DNA of 64,000 nucleotides from Verrucomicrobiia bacterium (lineage in GTDB: Bacteria; Verrucomicrobiota; Verrucomicrobiia; Limisphaerales; JADLHS01), in contig WYBW01000009.1 in assembly GCA_011525685.1 (NCBI GenBank), positions 8,369 through 72,368 of the forward strand. Direction: 5' to 3'. Below are positions 58,867-64,000 of this stretch, piece after piece. Position numbers and translations under genes: made by a program. Each line of letters opens with the position of its first letter. The stretch's first letter is position 1. The notes beneath the pieces are model-generated. The model was given only the letters and a program-made list of their open reading frames with translations, did not search any database and was not told the DNA's origin.

Positions 58867-60158
58867 CGAGGCGCGCGACTCGCCGCGTCCAGTTCCGGCG
58901 GTAGATAGGTGATGATGCGGGCGCTGCGCCGGTACATGAAATAGGAATAAGTCCATTGCATCAGCACAAAGAGTTTGTTGCGGAAGCCGATGAGGAAAAT
59001 GAGGTGAACGAACAACCACGCCAGCCAGGCGAACCAGCCGGACATCTTCAACCTGCCAATCATCGCCACCGCCGCGGAACGGCCGATCGTGGCCATCGTG
59101 CCCTTGTCGCGATACTTGAATGGCGAGCGTTGCGCGCGACCCGCGCCCGGGGTCAATTCGTCGTCAATGATCCGCGCCACGTGCCGGGCCATCTGCATGG
59201 CTGCCGGTGAGACACCCGGCACGGGTTTGCCGTTCTTCTGGAGCACGAGCGCCAGGTCACCAATCGCGAACACTTCCGGATGGCCGGGCAGGCTGAGGTC
59301 GGCATTCACCTTCACCCGGCCGGCTTTGTCGAGTTCGACGCCGAGTCTCTGCGTGAGCGGCGAAGCCGAAACGCCCGCGGCCCAAAGAATGTTTTCCGCT
59401 TGAATCACCTCGCCGTCGTTGAGTTCGACCTCGCCCTGGCGAATCTCTTTCACACGCGTCGAGGTGCGAACCTGGACGCCAAGATTCCGCAACTGGCGCA
59501 GGGCGCTTTGCGCCAGATCCGGCGGCAAATGCGAGAGCACCACCGGGGCGGCCTCGATCAAAATGATCCGCGCCTGGCCGGGGTCAATGCGCCGGAACTC
59601 GCGCCGGAGAACGGTGCGCGCCAGTTCGGCGAACGAGCCGGCAAGCTCCACCCCCGTCGGTCCGCCGCCGACAATCACGATCGTCATGAGTTTCTGGCGG
59701 ACTTCAGGATCGCAGACGGTTTCCGCCTTCTCGAACGCCAGCAACACGCGGCTGCGGATGCGCAGGGCGTCGTCGAGCGTCTTCAATCCGGGCGCGAACT
59801 GTTCCCACTCCGGATGCCCGAAGTAACTGGTGCAACCACCCAGCGCCAGCACCAGGTAGTCGTAGGACTGCGTGGTCATCTCGAGCAACACCCGCTTGTT
59901 TGCGAGGTCGAAATCCACGACCTTGTCCAGCAGCACCACGACGTTGCGGCGGCGGAGTATGGAGCGGATGGGTTGGGCAATGTCCGGCGCGGAGAGGCCG
60001 GAAGCGGCCACCTGGTAGAGCAACGGCTGGAACAAATGATGATTGGTGCGGTCCACCAGCGTCACCCGCGCGGATGGATGTCGGAAGTGCTGGCAGAAGG
60101 TCAGGCCGCCGAAGCCGGCGCCCAGCACGAGAACATGCGGGTTCTTTTTATCTGACAC
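58863..60158 (-). CDS. ndh: Type II NADH dehydrogenase (NDH-2)
   Basis: [44 protein letters not shown]; GTG start at 60158. Confidence 0.92.
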   Translation of the reverse strand: MSDKKNPHVLVLGAGFGGLTFCQHFRHPSARVTLVDRTNHHLFQPLLYQVAASGLSAPDIAQPIRSILRRRNVVVLLDKVVDFDLANKRVLLEMTTQSYDYLVLALGGCTSYFGHPEWEQFAPGLKTLDDALRIRSRVLLAFEKAETVCDPEVRQKLMTIVIVGGGPTGVELAGSFAELARTVLRREFRRIDPGQARIILIEAAPVVLSHLPPDLAQSALRQLRNLGVQVRTSTRVKEIRQGEVELNDGEVIQAENILWAAGVSASPLTQRLGVELDKAGRVKVNADLSLPGHPEVFAIGDLALVLQKNGKPVPGVSPAAMQMARHVARIIDDELTPGAGRAQRSPFKYRDKGTMATIGRSAAVAMIGRLKMSGWFAWLAWLFVHLIFLIGFRNKLFVLMQWTYSYFMYRRSARIITYLPPELDAASRAPR

Positions 60159-60167
60159 GCAATCAGA

Positions 60168-61619
60168 ATGGGTCAGGACTTGAAAAAAGCAAATAGCCCG
60201 AAAACACCAGTGCGGTTGCGCCTGCGCCTCACGGCCGCGGCGGAAGCGCACGTTCGCGGCGGACATCCCTGGGTGTTTGCCCAAAGTGTCCGCGAACAGA
60301 ATCGCCACGGCAGCGCGGGCGAACTGGTGGTCATCTACGACCGGCAGGACAAGTTTCTGGCGGTTGGATTGTACGATCCGGATTCGCCGATTCGCGTGCG
60401 CGTGCTGCACACCGGCAAGCCGCAGACCATAGACGCGGCCTGGTGGGCGGCGCGATTGGACGCAGCGGGGCGACGGAGGGATGGGTTGTTTGATGAGCGC
60501 ACGACGGGCTACCGGCTGATCAACGGCGAAAGCGATGGCTGGCCGGGGCTGGTGCTCGACCGTTATGACACGACGCTGGTGATGAAGATTTACACGGCAG
60601 CGTGGTTGCCGAGATTGGAGGAGGTCACGGGTTTGATTCGGGACCGGTTGCGGCCGGAGCGAGTGGTTTTGCGCACGAGCAGGAATTTGCGGAGTGCGCT
60701 CGCATCGCCGGGTTCTCCCCCTCACCCCGGCCGCCCCCAGGAACCGACGGCGTGTAACGCCGACTTTCCAGTCGGCGGGGTCGCCGGTTGGATAACCGGC
60801 GTCACGCCCTTCTCCTGCGGTTCGGGGCTTCAAAGCGGGAGCTGTTGCTCGGGTCATGCTCTCCCCCACGAGGGAGAGGGAGAATCGCTGAGGACCGGTC
60901 CGCGGGTTGAGGACCTCGCGGATGGACCGCTATTGATTGGAGACCGGCTGGAAAACTGTCCTACATTTCTCGAAAGCGGGTTGCGGTTCGAGGCGGATGT
61001 TCTGCGCGGGCAGAAGACGGGGTTCTTTCTGGATCAACGGGAGAACCGACAAATTGTCGAGACTTTCGCCAGAGGCCGCACCATGTTGAACGCGTTCAGC
61101 TTTTCGGGGGGGTTCTCGCTTTATGCGGCCCGAGGAGGGGCAAGAGCGGTCACGGATCTGGACATCAGTGCTCACGCGCTCGAAGCCGCGAAGCGCAACT
61201 TCAAACTTAATCACGGCGAGCCGGCGGTGGCGCGTTGCCGGCATGAGCCGATCCGGGCCGATGCCTTCGCGTGGCTCGCGGAGCACCCAAAGCGCAGGTT
61301 TGAGTTGATCGTGCTGGATCCGCCGTCGCTGGCGAAACGCGAGACGGAGCGGGCGGGAGCGATTCACGGCTATGCGCGGCTGACGGAGCTTGGACTCAAG
61401 CATCTCCTGCCCGGCGGCATCCTGCTGGCGTGCTCCTGCTCAGCCCACGTGAGCGCGGAGGAATTCTTTGCCGCAGTCAGACAAACCGCCGCGAAGTCGG
61501 GCCACCGTTTCACGGAATTGCGGACGACGCGCCATGCGGCGGATCACCCGGCCACGTTCCAAGAGGCGGAGTATTTGAAGGCCATCTATCTCCGTCTCGA
61601 CGCGCGGGTACGGCGTTGA
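60168..61619 (+). CDS. RlmI-like SAM-dependent rRNA methyltransferase with ~65-70 aa repeat-derived insertion
   Basis: GHPWVF (PUA), [35 protein letters not shown]...E..YLK. Confidence 0.88.
   Translation: MGQDLKKANSPKTPVRLRLRLTAAAEAHVRGGHPWVFAQSVREQNRHGSAGELVVIYDRQDKFLAVGLYDPDSPIRVRVLHTGKPQTIDAAWWAARLDAAGRRRDGLFDERTTGYRLINGESDGWPGLVLDRYDTTLVMKIYTAAWLPRLEEVTGLIRDRLRPERVVLRTSRNLRSALASPGSPPHPGRPQEPTACNADFPVGGVAGWITGVTPFSCGSGLQSGSCCSGHALPHEGEGESLRTGPRVEDLADGPLLIGDRLENCPTFLESGLRFEADVLRGQKTGFFLDQRENRQIVETFARGRTMLNAFSFSGGFSLYAARGGARAVTDLDISAHALEAAKRNFKLNHGEPAVARCRHEPIRADAFAWLAEHPKRRFELIVLDPPSLAKRETERAGAIHGYARLTELGLKHLLPGGILLACSCSAHVSAEEFFAAVRQTAAKSGHRFTELRTTRHAADHPATFQEAEYLKAIYLRLDARVRR
60718..60883. 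repeat. Nested REP-like repeats inserted in-frame in the RlmI-like gene
   Basis: CCCTCACCCCGGCC ... CTCTCCCCCACGAGGGAGAGGGAGA, interrupted by GTAACGCCGACTTTCCAGTCGGC...GCCGGTTGGATAACCGGCGTCAC (60754-60805). Confidence 0.8.
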
Positions 61620-61622
61620 GCT

Positions 61623-62606
61623 TCAGAACAAGCCGCTGGCAATGATGCCGATGACGCTGAGCGGGCCTTGATCTTCGAGGCTCTCGGTGGCCTTGTCCAC
61701 CTTCTGCAAGGTCAGTTTGGCGTTCTTGTAGAATTCCTGGTCATTGATCAGCTTGCCCACCGTGCCCTGGCCGCTGTTCATCTTCTCCAGGATCTCCTTG
61801 AGATTCGTCATCGAGGCGGTGGCCTCGCGGTAGAGAGCCTCGTCCTTGACCATCAGGCCCAGCGAACCCTGGCCGGCGTTGATGTCGGCAATCATCTTGC
61901 GCGCGTCCGTGAGGGCCAGTTTGATCTCCTGGCTGGTGTCTTCCATGGTGCTCTGAAGGTTGGTAACGGTCGAGAGGGCCGAGGCGTAGAGCGTCTCGTC
62001 GAAAATCAGCTTGCCCACGGTGCCCTTGCCCTCGGCGATCTGGGTGGAGATGGACTTGAGGTTTGCAATGGATTCGGTGAGCGGTTCGCTGTTTTGTTTG
62101 AGCAAGTCGGTGAGCGGTCCGAGGAGGTTGTCAATCTTGTCGCCCGCGAAGCTCTTGGTGATGTTTTCAATGCCCGAAGCGACGTTGTCGAGCTTGGCCA
62201 TGACGGCGTTGAGGTCGGGATGCTCGGCGGTGTTGATGATTTGATCGGTCATCAGGGCTTTTGCCTCCGGGGTACCGAAGTCCACGGCCACGAAATTCTG
62301 CCCCATCAAACCGGCCGACCGGATCGTGGCGGTGCTGTCGGTCCGCACGATGACATCGGGCCGGAGTTTCATGGTGACCCTGACCTTGTCGCCGGCGATC
62401 TGGATTTTCTCGACGCGGCCAATTTCCACGCCGCCCATCTTGACGCGGTCGCCGGGTTTGAGTTCCTGCACCGTGGTGAAGAGGGCGTGCAATTGGAGGC
62501 CGGGACGGAACTTGTCCAGTCCCCCAACGGTGGTAATGAGCAGGAACGCCGCGGTGGCGGCCAGCGCCACGAAGAGGCCAAGGCGGGTTTCGAGGGTGTT
62601 TTTCAT
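61623..62606 (-). CDS. mlaD: MlaD/MCE family protein
   Basis: N-terminal TM, L..G..V...GV.IG.V MCE motif, repeated G.GT.GKLI.D..LY helical units. Confidence 0.9.
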   Translation of the reverse strand: MKNTLETRLGLFVALAATAAFLLITTVGGLDKFRPGLQLHALFTTVQELKPGDRVKMGGVEIGRVEKIQIAGDKVRVTMKLRPDVIVRTDSTATIRSAGLMGQNFVAVDFGTPEAKALMTDQIINTAEHPDLNAVMAKLDNVASGIENITKSFAGDKIDNLLGPLTDLLKQNSEPLTESIANLKSISTQIAEGKGTVGKLIFDETLYASALSTVTNLQSTMEDTSQEIKLALTDARKMIADINAGQGSLGLMVKDEALYREATASMTNLKEILEKMNSGQGTVGKLINDQEFYKNAKLTLQKVDKATESLEDQGPLSVIGIIASGLF

Positions 62607-63373
62607 AAGCGAGTTTTGTGGTTGGGATTGAAGTCAGCAGTCAGAAATTTACGGATGATGGGTTCGGGCCGTTGTCTCACCTCGTCCGGGGTGCCGACGG
62701 CGAGGATGCGCCCGTCGTCAATGACGGCGATCCGGTCGGCCACGCCAAACGCGAGGTCGCGATCATGCGAAACCACGAGCGACGTGACATGAATGCGTTC
62801 CTTGAGTTTCAGGATCTCCTCGCCGATGACGACGGCCGAGAGCGGGTCCAGTTCGCTGGTCGGTTCATCGTACAGAATCAAGTGCGGTTCAATGACCAGG
62901 GCGCGGGCAATGGCGACGCGCTTCTTCATGCCGCCGGAGAGTTCATTGGGCATTTTGCGTTCGGTGCCCTTGAGGCCCACGACCTCGAGCTTCTCGGAAA
63001 CGATCCGGGAGATCTCGGCCGGCGGTTTGAGCCGGTGTTCGCTGAGGTAAAGGCCCACGTTTTCCCCGACGGTCAGGGAATTCAGCAGGGCGCCGGATTG
63101 GAACACGAGCGCCATGCGGTAACGGGCCATGACCTCGGGAGCGTGAATGGGTTCACCACTGATCAGAATCTCGCCTTCATCGGGCCGTTCGAGACCGACG
63201 ATGTGTTTGAGCAAAACACTCTTGCCGCTGCCGCTGGGGCCCATGATGACGAAGACCTCGCCGGGTTCGACTAGGAAGTCAATCCCTTTGAGCACTTCGT
63301 GGCGGCCAAAGCTCTTCCGCAGTCCACGCACTTCGACCGCGACGCCGCCTTGATGATTCGCACCGGCGCTCAT
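62603..63373 (-). CDS. mlaF: MlaF-like ABC ATP-binding protein
   Basis: GPSGSGKS, LSGGMKKR, LYDEPT; start MSAG overlaps the mlaE stop. Confidence 0.9.
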   Translation of the reverse strand: MSAGANHQGGVAVEVRGLRKSFGRHEVLKGIDFLVEPGEVFVIMGPSGSGKSVLLKHIVGLERPDEGEILISGEPIHAPEVMARYRMALVFQSGALLNSLTVGENVGLYLSEHRLKPPAEISRIVSEKLEVVGLKGTERKMPNELSGGMKKRVAIARALVIEPHLILYDEPTSELDPLSAVVIGEEILKLKERIHVTSLVVSHDRDLAFGVADRIAVIDDGRILAVGTPDEVRQRPEPIIRKFLTADFNPNHKTRL

Positions 63374-64000
63374 GAATTGAAGACCATCAGGACGTTGGTC
63401 AAAATGTAATCGAAGATGACGATCAGGACGATGGAGTTGACGACGGCCTTGGTGACGGACCGGCCGATGCCGCGCGGTCCACCGATGGTCACCAGCCCTT
63501 GATGGCAGGAAACCACGCCGACGATCAAAGCGAAGCAAAAGGACTTGAAGACGCCATTGGCGACATCATCCAGTTCCACCACCGAGCGGAGATTGGCAAA
63601 GAAGACGGCGATGGGGATGTAGATGCGTTCGTTGGCAAAGGACACCAGGGCGCCGCCCAACCAGCCCACCAGAATCGCGAACAGGACCAGCATGGGCAGG
63701 GCCAGGGCGATGGCCACCATCCGGGGCAGGACCAGGTAATGGATCGGATTGATGTTCATGGTGCGCAAGGCATCAATCTCCTGATAAACCTGCATGGAGC
63801 CGATTTCAGCGGTCATGGCGGAGCCGACGCGCCCGGCGATGAGGATGGCCATCATCACGGGCGCCAGTTCCTTGGCCATGGAAATACCCACCAACCCGCC
63901 TACGGTGCTGGCCAGGCCGCTCTCCACCAGCACGGGGCCGGTCTGGAGGGCGAGCACGCCACCGATGAAGAATGACAGCACGCAAACCATGAGCAGGCTG
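63370..64000 (-). CDS. mlaE: MlaE permease, partial (5' end outside the window)
   Basis: ELAPV..A..IAGRVGSA.TAEIGSM...QEIDAL..M..NP..YLV.PR. Confidence 0.92.
   Translation of the reverse strand, partial: SLLMVCVLSFFIGGVLALQTGPVLVESGLASTVGGLVGISMAKELAPVMMAILIAGRVGSAMTAEIGSMQVYQEIDALRTMNINPIHYLVLPRMVAIALALPMLVLFAILVGWLGGALVSFANERIYIPIAVFFANLRSVVELDDVANGVFKSFCFALIVGVVSCHQGLVTIGGPRGIGRSVTKAVVNSIVLIVIFDYILTNVLMVFNS

Noticed and set aside
357-63975. Many long antisense or alternate-frame ORFs (e.g. 357-1880, 26285-28465, 30815-32551, 39262-41637)
   Set aside because: They are shadow ORFs expected in high-GC DNA opposite well-supported genes and carry no family motifs.
1-64000. CRISPR array
   Set aside because: Repeats are dispersed palindromes, not regularly spaced direct repeats with unique spacers; no cas genes.

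Overview
GC-rich bacterial chromosomal segment whose gene content (DUF1592/DUF1552 pair, ECF sigma-Ser/Thr kinase pair, Verrucomicrobia-type secreted protein) suggests Verrucomicrobiota or another PVC lineage; this assignment is an inference. Ordinary content includes tRNA-Lys(UUU), PrsW and M48 peptidases, LarA, PPi-dependent PFK, mdh, an AAA ATPase, a sulfate ABC operon with a divergent Rrf2 regulator, a 12-kb polysaccharide cluster, an ABC exporter, NDH-2, an RlmI-like methyltransferase and mlaEFD. The outstanding feature is the threonyl-tRNA synthetase locus (17.7-28.6 kb, minus strand). thrS is preceded by an intact Thr-codon leader-peptide attenuator but is split inside the catalytic domain, between MFPPME and YYLKAMNCP, into two clean ORFs about 3.5 kb apart. 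Each half has a heptad (coiled-coil-like) extension at the break. The gap holds toxin-antitoxin genes, restriction-modification and HEPN remnants and palindromic repeats. The last 560 bp of thrS are also duplicated (about 97% identical) around a 4.3-kb secreted-protein gene. A second theme is several families of REP-like palindromes and MITEs. They nest inside each other, sit in-frame within protein-coding genes (kinase, RlmI-like enzyme, ECF tail) and supply the stop codon of the thrS N-half. All family assignments come from motif recognition by eye; no database searches were run.
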